A DNA stretch of 64,000 nucleotides from Deltaproteobacteria bacterium (GTDB lineage Bacteria; Myxococcota_A; Polyangia; Fen-1088): NCBI GenBank assembly GCA_033763315.1, contig JANRKS010000001.1:1-64000 (forward strand). The letters are read 5' to 3'. A program made the position numbers and the translations under genes. The notes beneath the pieces were generated by a model. That model was not told the origin of the DNA. It made no database searches and saw only the letters and a list, made by a program, of their open reading frames with translations. This document shows positions 49,949-59,715 of the stretch, in pieces. The number at the start of each line of letters is the position of its first letter. Positions within the stretch are counted from its first letter, which is position 1.

Positions 49949-51871
49949 ATGATGACTGTGATGTGCTTCCGCTTTTGCCAACGCCTCCGCGCCGCGCTCG
50001 TGTGCGCCGTGGCGCTGGGTGTGACCGTTGGACCAAGCCATCTGTGCCACGCGGCCGCCCAGTCGTTCGTGGCGCGTGCGGATCGCACGCAGGTGCCGCT
50101 CGATGACTCGTTCTTGTTTGAGGTCACCTTGGTTTTGGACGAAGGCCGCGCGCAGGGATACCGCGCGCCCAATTTCAAAGACTTTCGTGTTCTGGGCGAA
50201 CACCCAAGCCAAAGCACCCAGATTCAAATGGGCGGTGGCGGCACGCTCATGCAGGTGGTGTACTCGTGGCGTTACGAAGTGATGCCTCTGAAAACGGGCA
50301 CGTTTAAGATCGGTCCCGCGAAGGTGCGCATCGGCGATCGCGACATTGAGACCACGCCGGTCAGCATCACGGTCACCGAGGCCATGGGCGGTCAAGCGGC
50401 CGCGCCGCAGCCGCGCCAGGTGCCCGCAATCCCCGGATTCCCCCGCGGCCTGCGTGACATGTTGGAACCGCGGCGCGCGCCGCCTTCGTCCGGGGGGCAG
50501 AACTTCGTGCGCGTCGTTCCAAGCAAAACCAAAGCCTACGTGGGCGAGCAGATCACAGCCGAATGGTACCTTTACCTAACCGAGCGCCAAGACAAGTACG
50601 AAACCCTCAAAGAGCCGCACACCGATGGCTTTTGGGTGGAGGATCTGCCCATCGCCGGCAACGAACGTGGTTTGTCGCTGAGCCAACAAACGTTCGAGGG
50701 CCGCGCGTACCTTGTGGCCCCGCTGTTGCGTCGGGCGCTTTTCCCCTTGAGGTCTGGAACGTTGACGATTGTGCCGCTTGAGGCCGAGATCTCTCAGATC
50801 GATTTCTTTGGCTCCACCATGCGGACCGAACGCATCAAGGCCGCACCGCTCGACATTGAAGTGATGCCGCTGCCCAAGACGGGGCAACCAGCCAACTTTG
50901 ATCGCGCGGCCGTGGGCACGTTTTCGATCGCCGCCGTGTTGGACAAGGCGCGCGTGCCTGTAGGCGAGCCCGTGACGTTGAAGTTGCTGGTTTCGGGGCA
51001 AGGCAACGTGCGCAAGTTGGTGCCGCCTGAGCCGCCGCGCCTTGAAGGCTTCAAAGCCTATGAACCCAAGGTGACTTTTGAAGTGAACCCAGGCGAGCCT
51101 GTCAGTGGCAGCAAAACCGTGGAGGTGCTGTTGCTGGCACAAAAGCCCGGGACGTTCACAGTTCCCTCGGTGGCGCTGGCCTATTTCGATCCCAGCAAGG
51201 GCACGTATGCCACGGCAAAAACCGAAGCCCTGACAGTGACCGTCGTGGGCGAGGAAAATGCGGCGCCCACCGCAAGCGCGCCGCCATCGACCAGCGGCAA
51301 CGATGCGGCCACCCGCACAGAGAACGTTTTGCCAACCGAATTGCGGCCGATTCGCAGCAAGCCCACTTTGCGGCGTGATCTCGGCACAACGCTTTATCGA
51401 TCGCCGTGGTTCATGTGGCTGTTGTTGCTGCCACCGGCGGCCTTCGGGTTGTTGCTCACCACCAGCCAGGTGCGCCAACGTTTGTTGCAAGACACGGAAC
51501 GTCGCCGTGGCCGTCGCATGCGCCGTCAGGTGCGCAAGAGTTTGACCGTGGCCGAACGACATCTGGCTGCGGGCCGCAAAGCAGAATTCTTCATTGAAAT
51601 CGATCGAACCTTGCGCGAATTGCTATCGGCGAAACTTGGTCGCGTGGTCAGCGGCTTGTCGATGGATGAGCTGCGCACCAAACTCGCCGAAGCCGGGCTT
51701 GATCAAGCCTTGGCCAACCGAGTGACGGCGATGTTGGAAGAATGCGATCAAGCCCGCTTTGCGCCTGGCAGCGTCAGCGACGATGGTATGACCACCGCGC
51801 TAGATCGCGCCGGTGAATTGATTGTGCAACTTGAGCGCAGCCGCATGACGAAACAGGAGGCCGCACGATGA
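49949..51871 (+). CDS. batD: BatD-like protein
   Basis: Signal, repeated Ig-like domains (YVGEQ, AVG.F, G.GN, YFDP), TM; start uncertain. Confidence 0.85.
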   Translation: MMTVMCFRFCQRLRAALVCAVALGVTVGPSHLCHAAAQSFVARADRTQVPLDDSFLFEVTLVLDEGRAQGYRAPNFKDFRVLGEHPSQSTQIQMGGGGTLMQVVYSWRYEVMPLKTGTFKIGPAKVRIGDRDIETTPVSITVTEAMGGQAAAPQPRQVPAIPGFPRGLRDMLEPRRAPPSSGGQNFVRVVPSKTKAYVGEQITAEWYLYLTERQDKYETLKEPHTDGFWVEDLPIAGNERGLSLSQQTFEGRAYLVAPLLRRALFPLRSGTLTIVPLEAEISQIDFFGSTMRTERIKAAPLDIEVMPLPKTGQPANFDRAAVGTFSIAAVLDKARVPVGEPVTLKLLVSGQGNVRKLVPPEPPRLEGFKAYEPKVTFEVNPGEPVSGSKTVEVLLLAQKPGTFTVPSVALAYFDPSKGTYATAKTEALTVTVVGEENAAPTASAPPSTSGNDAATRTENVLPTELRPIRSKPTLRRDLGTTLYRSPWFMWLLLLPPAAFGLLLTTSQVRQRLLQDTERRRGRRMRRQVRKSLTVAERHLAAGRKAEFFIEIDRTLRELLSAKLGRVVSGLSMDELRTKLAEAGLDQALANRVTAMLEECDQARFAPGSVSDDGMTTALDRAGELIVQLERSRMTKQEAAR

Positions 51872-52635
51872 AACGCCGGCTTGGCATCGTCATGGCCGCC
51901 GCCGCCGTCATCATCGCGCTTGCCGCCTCCGCGCGCGCCGACGTCTTAGACGAAGCGTGGAAGCAGGGCAACGCCGCCTACCTGGCAGGTGACTGGGATA
52001 AGGCCGCCGCCGCGTTTGGCGAATTGGATCGGCAAGGTGTTGTGTCGTCTGACCTTTACTACAACATGGGCGTCACTTACTTCCGGTTGGGTGATCTGGG
52101 GCGCGCCGCCTGGGCGTTTGAGCGCACGTTGGGCGCCAACCCCAAAGACGAGGACGCCGCCTTCAATTTGGCGCAAGTCCGCAAGCTGTTGAGTCGTCGT
52201 ACCACTGATAAAATCGAGGGCGCTGAACGTGACCCAGCGTGGATTCGCGTGGTGTCGGTGCTCACGCCCTCAGAGCAAACGTGGCTGTTTGTGATCTTCT
52301 ATTTGCTGACGTTTTGGTTTCTGTTTTGGCGTCTGCGCGTGCCACCCGATGGCCGCGCGCCTTGGTCTGCGGCGGCCGCCTTGATGGGGTTGGGTGCGCT
52401 GCTTGCAGGCTTGTTGTTGCTCGGCCGTGTGGCCCTGGACCGCATACCGTTCGGCATCGTGTTGCCCGAATCCGTTGCAGTTAAAGAAGGCGCCGATGCC
52501 AATTACCGCACGAACTTTCAGGTCCACGCAGGCCTGCGCGTGCGTTTGCTTGAACAAGACGCGGGATGGACGCGGGTGCGTTTGGCCAACGGCCTTGAAG
52601 GTTGGGTGCGTGCGCCCGACATCGGCAGGTTGTGA
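51868..52635 (+). CDS. batE: BatE-like TPR-SH3 protein
   Basis: GNAAY, LYYN.G, DAAFNL, two TMs, SH3b (W.RVRLANG.EGWV). Confidence 0.85.
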   Translation: MKRRLGIVMAAAAVIIALAASARADVLDEAWKQGNAAYLAGDWDKAAAAFGELDRQGVVSSDLYYNMGVTYFRLGDLGRAAWAFERTLGANPKDEDAAFNLAQVRKLLSRRTTDKIEGAERDPAWIRVVSVLTPSEQTWLFVIFYLLTFWFLFWRLRVPPDGRAPWSAAAALMGLGALLAGLLLLGRVALDRIPFGIVLPESVAVKEGADANYRTNFQVHAGLRVRLLEQDAGWTRVRLANGLEGWVRAPDIGRL

Positions 52636-52688
52636 TCCGTCGGCCGGCTGACTCGCGGTTTCGTTGGGCCCGCCTATACTAGTCGCCC

Positions 52689-53297
52689 ATGAAGCTTTGC
52701 CCGTTCTGCGCCGAAGAGATCCAGGACGCCGCCATCAAGTGCCGGTTCTGCGGATCAATGCTCAACGAAGCGCCGCAGATCGCCCCACGCGCGCAGAACG
52801 AGGGCCCGCCCCGCGAATTGTTTCACGGTAGCCCGTCGTGGAAAGCCCAGATGGCCGCGCACGTGGGCGCTGGGCTGTTGGTGATCGCCGGCATCGCCGC
52901 TTGCTTTGTGGTGCCGCGCGCGTTCGATCAAACCAATGAGGTTGGTTTCATCGCGGGAGGGGTGTTGGCCGCGGGCGGCTTGGCGTGGGCGCTGGCGTTG
53001 TGGCTGGGCCGCTTCGTTCAATTCCGCATCACCACAACGGCCATCGACGTGGAATCGGGCATCGTGGGCAAGCGTGTGGAGACGGTGCAGTTGTGGAAAG
53101 TGCGCGATCTCACCTACCAACAAACGGTGGCAGATCGATTGTTGAAGTTGGCCCGCATTCACGTGGTGACGCAGGATCCATCGTCTCCTGATCTGGATCT
53201 GTGGGGCATGCCCGCCAGCCGCGAGATCTTCGAGCGGCTCAAGCAAGCGGTGGAGGCCGCCCGTCGCAAGGGCGGCGTGGTGGGCGTCGTGGAGTGA
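52689..53297 (+). CDS. Zinc-ribbon, two-TM, bacterial PH domain protein
   Basis: CPFCAEEI...AIKCRFCG; TMs; FRITT..I...GI......L..V.D....Q...DRL. Confidence 0.75.
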   Translation: MKLCPFCAEEIQDAAIKCRFCGSMLNEAPQIAPRAQNEGPPRELFHGSPSWKAQMAAHVGAGLLVIAGIAACFVVPRAFDQTNEVGFIAGGVLAAGGLAWALALWLGRFVQFRITTTAIDVESGIVGKRVETVQLWKVRDLTYQQTVADRLLKLARIHVVTQDPSSPDLDLWGMPASREIFERLKQAVEAARRKGGVVGVVE

Positions 53298-53370
53298 TCC
53301 GCGCGACAGTTTGGTTCTGAATATTAATGCGCCATTTGCTAGTTATTCAGCAGTCGTTTAAGACTGCCGT

Positions 53371-54912
53371 ATGACACGCCTTCGCTTCGCGCTCGTCGTT
53401 CTTCTTTTCACAACGATCCCGGTGGTTGCCACCGCGGCCGCGGCCCCCGCAAATGTCGCTCAGTGGGACCGGTTCGAGGTCACCTTGCCCGGCCCAGCCG
53501 AAGGAAACCCGTTTGCGGATGTGCAGTTGTCCGCCGTTTTCACCCAAGGCAAAACCAGCGTCACCGTCAAAGGCTTTTACGATAACGGCGGAACCTACCG
53601 CGTGCGGTTCATGCCGCAGAGGCAAGGTGCGTGGCGCTATGTCACCCGCAGCAACGTCGCGGCGCTGAACAACCAAACGGGCAGCTTCAACGCCGTGGCG
53701 CCTCGCAAGGGCAACCCCGGACCGGTCGTTGTGAAAGACTCGTTCAGTTTCGCCTATGCCAGCGGCGCCGCTTACGTGCCCGTGGGCACCACAATCTACG
53801 CGATGGTGCACCAAGAGGACCCGTTGCTAGAGCGAACCATCGCTTCGTTGGCCAAAGCGCCCTTTAACAAGGTTCGCTTGTGCGTGTTCCCCAAGTGGTA
53901 CAGCTACAACCACGTCGAGCCCCCCCGCCCTCCGTTTGTGGGCGATGGGCAAGGACGTTTCGACTACGCCCGGCCCAACCCGGAGTTTTACCAGCACCTA
54001 GAAAAACAGATCGATCGGTTGGCAGCGCTGGGCATCGAAGTGGACTTGATCCTGTTCCATCCGTACGACGAAAACCACTGGGGTTTTGATCGCATGGGCC
54101 GCGAGAACGACGAACGCTATCTCAGCTATTTGTTGGCGCGCTTGTCGTCCTTTCACAACGTGTGGTGGTCGATGGCCAACGAATGGGACTTCGTAAAGCG
54201 GAGAACGGTTGAGGATTGGAATCGCTTGTTCGATCTCATTGCCGCTGAGGATCCGTACCGGCATTTGGCGTCGATCCACAACGGCACCAAATTCTTCGAC
54301 CACCACCGCGCGCCCATCTCACACACAAGCGTTCAACACCCAGACGTGAGGCGCCTTTATGCCTGGCGCAAGGAGTATGGCAAGCCGGCGGTCGACGACG
54401 AATGCGAGTACGAAGGCAACATCGAAGCGCCCTGGGGCAACATCACGCCGCAAGAGCTCACGCACCGGTTCTGGGTTGGTTTTGTGTCAGGTGGCTTTGT
54501 GGGGCACGGGGAGACGTACGTGGCGCCCGACGAGGTCTTGTGGTGGGCTCGTGGTGGTGAACTGCGCGGGCAAAGCCCCTCACGCATCGCCTTTTTGCGT
54601 AAGTTCATCGAAGAAGCCGGTGGCCTTTCGCCGCTGCCAGACCAGTGGCCTTTTGACCGCACGCCTGCCGCCAAGCAAGGCAACCGTTACGTCATCTACT
54701 TTGGCAATCATCAGCCGTCTATATTCACGTCGTTCATGACGGACCAATTGGTCAAAGATGAGCCATCGCTCAAAACGGCCACGTGGCGTTTTGAGATCCT
54801 GGACACCTGGAACATGACCCGCACGCCGATTCCGGGCGTGCATAAGGGCAAGTTCAGCGTGACGCTGCCCGGTCAGCCATGGATGGCCCTGGTGGCAACG
54901 CCCACGAAGTGA
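53371..54912 (+). CDS. Secreted glycoside hydrolase-like protein (DUF5060/DUF4038/DUF5605 architecture)
   Basis: Signal; GNPF, GFYD, YRVRFMP; GTT.Y, PFNKVR, WWSMANEWD, DEC.YEG, HGETY; DTWNMT. Confidence 0.8.
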   Translation: MTRLRFALVVLLFTTIPVVATAAAAPANVAQWDRFEVTLPGPAEGNPFADVQLSAVFTQGKTSVTVKGFYDNGGTYRVRFMPQRQGAWRYVTRSNVAALNNQTGSFNAVAPRKGNPGPVVVKDSFSFAYASGAAYVPVGTTIYAMVHQEDPLLERTIASLAKAPFNKVRLCVFPKWYSYNHVEPPRPPFVGDGQGRFDYARPNPEFYQHLEKQIDRLAALGIEVDLILFHPYDENHWGFDRMGRENDERYLSYLLARLSSFHNVWWSMANEWDFVKRRTVEDWNRLFDLIAAEDPYRHLASIHNGTKFFDHHRAPISHTSVQHPDVRRLYAWRKEYGKPAVDDECEYEGNIEAPWGNITPQELTHRFWVGFVSGGFVGHGETYVAPDEVLWWARGGELRGQSPSRIAFLRKFIEEAGGLSPLPDQWPFDRTPAAKQGNRYVIYFGNHQPSIFTSFMTDQLVKDEPSLKTATWRFEILDTWNMTRTPIPGVHKGKFSVTLPGQPWMALVATPTK

Positions 54913-54933
54913 ACGTTGCGCACACCGCGGAGG

Positions 54934-55653
54934 CTACGCCAGGAAGTCCTTCTTTTCGTAGCCTTCACGGATGTGGTCCATCGTGGCTTCTTCTAAAAGG
55001 TCTTGCATGGTCGAGCCACCGTAACGGGCGGCGATGCGGTCGTCGTATTCGTCGGCAACGATGGCAAAGTCAGCCAACGTGTCCAAGAACTCGCGGGCGT
55101 CGGCGACGTCGCGTTCAAGCAGGGTGTGGCACAACACCACCACGTTGCCCTTCGGAATGAAAGCGAAAGCGCCGAAGCGCATGGCCGCGTTGAGCTCAAG
55201 CAGCTCAAGTGCCAATGGCACCTCCATGCTCACGCCCTTGACCAACTGTGCGGTCAAGCGGATGACCACGTGCTTGCCTTTCCACTGGTGCACACTGATC
55301 ATCACCAAGCTTGATCCTTGCTTGATGACATAAAGACCGGCATCAACCTTGCGGTAGGCGGAGCTCTTCGACAACAAGGCCTCGACTCGCTTGCACGTGG
55401 CCGTGACGGCGTTGAAGTTGGCAAGTTTGGCGGCGGCTTCAGCGGACGCTCTGTGGTCGCTGGATTTGCCATTGGCTTTGCTGGCTTTCGGCACAGCGGG
55501 TTTGGCCGCGGCTTTGGCAGCCCCTTTGGGTATCACCTTGGCCGGTGGTTTGGCGCTGGTCTTCGTCGGACGCGCGGTACGGCTGGGCTTCGCTTTGCGG
55601 GCCGAAGCGGCGGTCACCTGGCTCTTGCTGCCTTTGGTCTTTGAAGTCGCCAT
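54934..55653 (-). CDS. YbjN/CesT-like chaperone-fold protein with Lys/Ala/Pro-rich N-terminal tail
   Basis: About 70-aa basic low-complexity region, then QGS..V, LLELNA.MRFGAF, VADEYDD.I...YGG. Confidence 0.65.
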   Translation of the reverse strand: MATSKTKGSKSQVTAASARKAKPSRTARPTKTSAKPPAKVIPKGAAKAAAKPAVPKASKANGKSSDHRASAEAAAKLANFNAVTATCKRVEALLSKSSAYRKVDAGLYVIKQGSSLVMISVHQWKGKHVVIRLTAQLVKGVSMEVPLALELLELNAAMRFGAFAFIPKGNVVVLCHTLLERDVADAREFLDTLADFAIVADEYDDRIAARYGGSTMQDLLEEATMDHIREGYEKKDFLA

Positions 55654-55655
55654 GG

Positions 55656-56075
55656 CTATTGGGTACCACGGCTTCCGCCCGTGGCAAAGTTCTGGTTGAT
55701 GCCGCCCACAAACAAGGCCGCCCATCCCACGATGAAAGCCAAGCCGCCCACCGGGGTGATGGCGCCCAGCCACCCGATCCCCGTTAACGCCAACGTGTAG
55801 AGCGTGCCGCTGAACACCAACACCCCACCCAAGAACGCCCAGCGCGTGACGTGGCCCAATTTTAAACGCCGCCCCGCCACCGCCACGCCCAGCAGGGCCA
55901 CCGCGTGCAGCAAGTGATAAAGCACGCCGGTGCGGTAAACCTCAAGCAGCGGCGGCGTGATTCGATCCTTTAAGCCGTGGGCGCCGAATGCCCCCAACGC
56001 CACACCCACGCCACCCACAAGGCCCGCGATCCGAATCCAGTTGTGTGACGTCTTGTCTGCGTGCGTTTCTTCCAT
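55656..56075 (-). CDS. DUF423 membrane protein
   Basis: ALGAFGAHGL, YHLLHA, FSGTLY.LAL, LGAITPVGG. Confidence 0.9.
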   Translation of the reverse strand: MEETHADKTSHNWIRIAGLVGGVGVALGAFGAHGLKDRITPPLLEVYRTGVLYHLLHAVALLGVAVAGRRLKLGHVTRWAFLGGVLVFSGTLYTLALTGIGWLGAITPVGGLAFIVGWAALFVGGINQNFATGGSRGTQ

Positions 56076-56079
56076 GAGC

Positions 56080-57489
56080 TTATCCCTCGGCGCCATCGCG
56101 GTGCAGGCCGAGTGTGCGCATCTTTTTGTGTAAGTTGGTGCGCTCGATTCCAAGCTGCGTGGCCGTGCGCGAAATGTTCCACGCGTTGTCTTCCAACTTG
56201 GCCTTGATGTATTGCTTCTCCATCAAATCACGGAACTCCCGCAATGGCAGCGCGCGCGCTTCGGCCGGCAACTCGAGGCCCGTGATGTGCGTGGGCAGCG
56301 GCGCTTGCGGCCGCATCGCCTCAGCGACGATTTCTTCCGGCAGATCGCCCACGCCGATGGTGTCCTCAGAGAGGATCACCAGACGTTCCATCACGTTGCG
56401 CAGCTCGCGCACGTTTCCCGGCCATGGGTAATGCGACAAGATGCGCACCGCTTCTTCGGATATCGGTTTTGTGCGCAGGCCGTTTTCTTGGCAAATCTGC
56501 TCTACAAATGAACGCGCCAACATCGGCACGTCTTCGGCGCGATCACGCAATGGCGGCGCTTTGAGCGGAACGACGTTCAGGCGAAAATACAGATCTTCGC
56601 GGAACTGACCCGTAGCCACGCCGGCCTGTAGATCACGGTTGGTGGCCGCCAACACGCGAACGTCCACGCGCAAGGTTTGTTCGCCGCCCACGCGCGTAAA
56701 CTCGCCCGACTGCAACACACGCAACACCTTGGCCTGCGCAGACAGGCTCATGTCGCCGATTTCATCTAAGAAGATGGTGCCGCCATCGGCTTGTTCGAAC
56801 AAGCCCTTTTTGCGTTGGCTTGCTCCCGTGAACGCTCCCCGCTCGTGGCCAAACAATTCCGATTCGATGAGCTCGGGTGGAATCGCGGCACAATTCACTT
56901 TCACAAACGGCTTGTCGCGCAGGGGGCTTTCACGGTGCACGGCGCGCGCGATCAATTCTTTTCCTGTGCCGGACTCACCCGTGATCAGCACGCGCGTGCG
57001 TGTGGGTGCCACCTTCGAGATTTGCGCAAACAACGCCGTCATGCCGGGGCTTTGGCCCACCATCTCCCAGCGCCCGTGGGTAAGCGCGCGCAGGCCTTCC
57101 ACCTCCATCGCCATGGCGTGCCGCTCTAAAGCGTTGCGCAGGGTCACGATCAAGCGATCGCGGTCCAAGGGCTTGTCGAGAAAATCATAGGCGCCTGTCT
57201 TCACGGCGCGCACGGCATCGGCCAAAGTGCCGTGGCCGGAGATCATCAGCACGCTCGGGCGCGTGGCAAAGGCGCCAGGCTTGACGATGGCTTCCAACAC
57301 TTCAAGCCCTGAGATGCCGGGCAACTGAACATCAAGCAGCACAACGTCGGGTGCTACATCGGGCAGCCGCGCCAGCGCTTCTTCGCCACTGCTCGCTTCC
57401 TCCACCGCGTAGCCTTCGCCTTCAAGCACCATACGAACGGTGCGGCGAATGTTTTTCTCATCGTCAACGATGAATACGGTGGCGGCCAT
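56080..57489 (-). CDS. NtrC/NtrX-family sigma54 response regulator
   Basis: Receiver (VDDE, LLDV, ISGHG, FLDKP), GESGTGKE, GAFTGA, HTH. Confidence 0.93.
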   Translation of the reverse strand: MAATVFIVDDEKNIRRTVRMVLEGEGYAVEEASSGEEALARLPDVAPDVVLLDVQLPGISGLEVLEAIVKPGAFATRPSVLMISGHGTLADAVRAVKTGAYDFLDKPLDRDRLIVTLRNALERHAMAMEVEGLRALTHGRWEMVGQSPGMTALFAQISKVAPTRTRVLITGESGTGKELIARAVHRESPLRDKPFVKVNCAAIPPELIESELFGHERGAFTGASQRKKGLFEQADGGTIFLDEIGDMSLSAQAKVLRVLQSGEFTRVGGEQTLRVDVRVLAATNRDLQAGVATGQFREDLYFRLNVVPLKAPPLRDRAEDVPMLARSFVEQICQENGLRTKPISEEAVRILSHYPWPGNVRELRNVMERLVILSEDTIGVGDLPEEIVAEAMRPQAPLPTHITGLELPAEARALPLREFRDLMEKQYIKAKLEDNAWNISRTATQLGIERTNLHKKMRTLGLHRDGAEG

Positions 57490-57545
57490 GAGGCGCCGAG
57501 TTTAGCAGCCTTGCCCGCCGCCGTGGGTTTCATGAGCGGTCAAGC

Positions 57546-58583
57546 TTACTCGCTGGGAAGAAAGCCCACTTCGCTGCCGGGGCTGAGGTTCAAACTTTGC
57601 GCCAGCTCGGGTGTCACAACCAAATGCCCCGAGACGATGGCCACCTTGGCCATGCGAGCCACAAAGTAAGGCGGCTCATCCACGGCCACAGCCACGAGAC
57701 CCGCGACGGGAGTCACGCGGGCTGGCAACGGCGCCACATCGTGCACCATAAGGCGCCGCGCCTGGGTCACGAGCGTCACTTCATCCGTCTTGGCATGAAA
57801 GTGTGGGCCACCATCAAAAGGATCGATGCGGCTTGCGTACTCAAAGCCGATGCCGCGCAGCATGTGTTCCACGCCTTTGGTCTTTGGTCCCACCTGCCCG
57901 ATCATCGCTTGCGCCTCAGGTGGCAGCAGCGATGCGTAGATGGGGCCCTGCGGAAATAATGTGCGGATGAACTCTTTGTTCTCGCGCGACAGCTGATCGG
58001 CCTCTTGATACGACAAGCCCGTAAAACGTCGCCCCAAGCTTTCCCACAATAAGCTGCGCCCATCGGGCTCAAGCGGCGGCATCAACTCGGATACGATCTC
58101 ATCTTTAAAATCGCTTCGTCGCATCGCCATGAACAAGAAGCGCACGAACGACAATTGTTTGCCGAGCTTGGCTGCGTGGCCGCGTGCTTGCGGCTGCAGC
58201 ACCAAGCCGCCAATTTCTGTGACGCCTTGATAGTCGTAGCCGATGCGCAAGATGGTGTGCACAAACAGGCGATCCAAAGTTTCGCTGTAACGTTCTTCTT
58301 TGCCCACCTCGAAGAAGATGTGCGGCGCGCGGCGCGACCCGTGCTGCGCGAAGATCATGGCGCAGCCAAGGACGTTCATGGGCTCATCCTCGGCGTGCAA
58401 CACGAACATAAATTCGCGCTTTGCGGCTTCGACCTTGCCCGCAAACGAACGCATCGAACGCTCGGCGATCTGGTGAAGGCGGTCTTTGTCGTGCGGTAGG
58501 TTTACGGAGTCGAGGTGCTTGGATACGGCATAAAGCGAATCCACATCGCTCGGCACTACGGCGCGGATCAAGAATGGTGGCAT
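57546..58583 (-). CDS. astA: Arginine N-succinyltransferase-family protein
   Basis: NLP.D...L, TEIGGL.L.P..R, GKQLS..RFLFM, LWESLG..F, ADQLS, IDPFDGGP. Confidence 0.8.
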   Translation of the reverse strand: MPPFLIRAVVPSDVDSLYAVSKHLDSVNLPHDKDRLHQIAERSMRSFAGKVEAAKREFMFVLHAEDEPMNVLGCAMIFAQHGSRRAPHIFFEVGKEERYSETLDRLFVHTILRIGYDYQGVTEIGGLVLQPQARGHAAKLGKQLSFVRFLFMAMRRSDFKDEIVSELMPPLEPDGRSLLWESLGRRFTGLSYQEADQLSRENKEFIRTLFPQGPIYASLLPPEAQAMIGQVGPKTKGVEHMLRGIGFEYASRIDPFDGGPHFHAKTDEVTLVTQARRLMVHDVAPLPARVTPVAGLVAVAVDEPPYFVARMAKVAIVSGHLVVTPELAQSLNLSPGSEVGFLPSE

Positions 58584-58587
58584 GCGT

Positions 58588-59598
58588 TTACGGAGCCGCG
58601 GCCGCGGTTGTCGCGAACGCGTCTGCCTGCAGGCCGAAGGCGGAAGCCATCACATCAAACATGGGCAGCTCCGGCAACGTGTGCGGCGCCAGCAAAACGG
58701 TGTAATCCACAATCCGGAAGGGCAGGCGGGGCTTTTGTTTTGCCGTTGGCACCATCGTTGTGGCGGAGGCAACCTTGCGGTTGTGCTCCTGCACCCAATC
58801 GAGCAGCCGAGGCAACGCGCGGGCGGTGGAAGGGTGCGTGTCATGCAGCAACAAAATGCCGCGGCCCTTAAGGCTCTGCAGTTGCCCAATGGCGATGGCC
58901 ACGGTCTCGTCGGCGTCCTGCACCTTCCACTCTTGTGGATCGACGTTCCAACCCACGTTCGTAAGCCCGCGCTCGGCAAGCGCCTTTTCCAAGGGCGCAC
59001 ACGTGCCACCATAAGGCGCGCGAAACAGCATGGGATACACGCCCGTGATCGCTGCGATCATCTCGGCGTTGCCATCGATCTCGTGGGGAATCGAAGCATG
59101 ATCGGCACACAACTCTTGGTGCGTGAGTGAGTGGTTGCCCACCAAGTGTCCATGCGTCGCCAGTTTACGCAGCAGATGCCGACGAGCGCGATCGGCTGGC
59201 TTGTCGCCCATCAAGCTGCGGCCATTGACGAAAAACACTGCCTTGAGGCCGCGTCGATCCAACTCTTCCAGTACCAAGGGCGTCGTTGACAGATCGGGGC
59301 CGTCGTCGAACGTCAGAAGGATTTCGTGCGCGTCGCCCGCGGGGTTAAGCGCGGTGGCATTCACGCTGGGCGGTGAGTTGAGCAGTGCCTTGCGCTTGAG
59401 AAAGCGCGGGAACAAACGCGATGAGAAAGCGGGCACCCCATCTTTGCTGTCCGCGTTGTTGTCTGCGTCGACGAACGAAACCGACGACCGAAAGCCAGCA
59501 ATTCCCGCAAAGTGCTCCTCGACCTTGCCGCTGCCTCCCCCGGGCAGCGGTAAAATGACCGGAAGAACTCCGGCTATGAGGGCCAAAAGCAAACGCAC
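58588..59598 (-). CDS. CE4 polysaccharide deacetylase
   Basis: LTFDDGP, GNHSLTH, FRAPYG, WNVDP.EW, LLHD; N-terminal signal. Confidence 0.9.
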   Translation of the reverse strand: MRLLLALIAGVLPVILPLPGGGSGKVEEHFAGIAGFRSSVSFVDADNNADSKDGVPAFSSRLFPRFLKRKALLNSPPSVNATALNPAGDAHEILLTFDDGPDLSTTPLVLEELDRRGLKAVFFVNGRSLMGDKPADRARRHLLRKLATHGHLVGNHSLTHQELCADHASIPHEIDGNAEMIAAITGVYPMLFRAPYGGTCAPLEKALAERGLTNVGWNVDPQEWKVQDADETVAIAIGQLQSLKGRGILLLHDTHPSTARALPRLLDWVQEHNRKVASATTMVPTAKQKPRLPFRIVDYTVLLAPHTLPELPMFDVMASAFGLQADAFATTAAAAP

Positions 59599-59644
59599 AA
59601 CGGACTAGTTTAAGGCGTAAACGGCTGTTTCCGCAAAACACTCC

Positions 59645-59682
59645 AAAAGAAAAGCCCCCAGCAGGGGTTACCTGTGGGGGCT
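59645..59682 (-). terminator. Rho-independent terminator
   Basis: AGCCCCCA...TGGGGGCT stem with U-rich tail (TTTTCTTTT) on the minus strand after the stop at 59716. Confidence 0.7.
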
Positions 59683-59715
59683 GGTCGGCGGCGGGCGTCA
59701 AGCCCGAGCCTTGGC

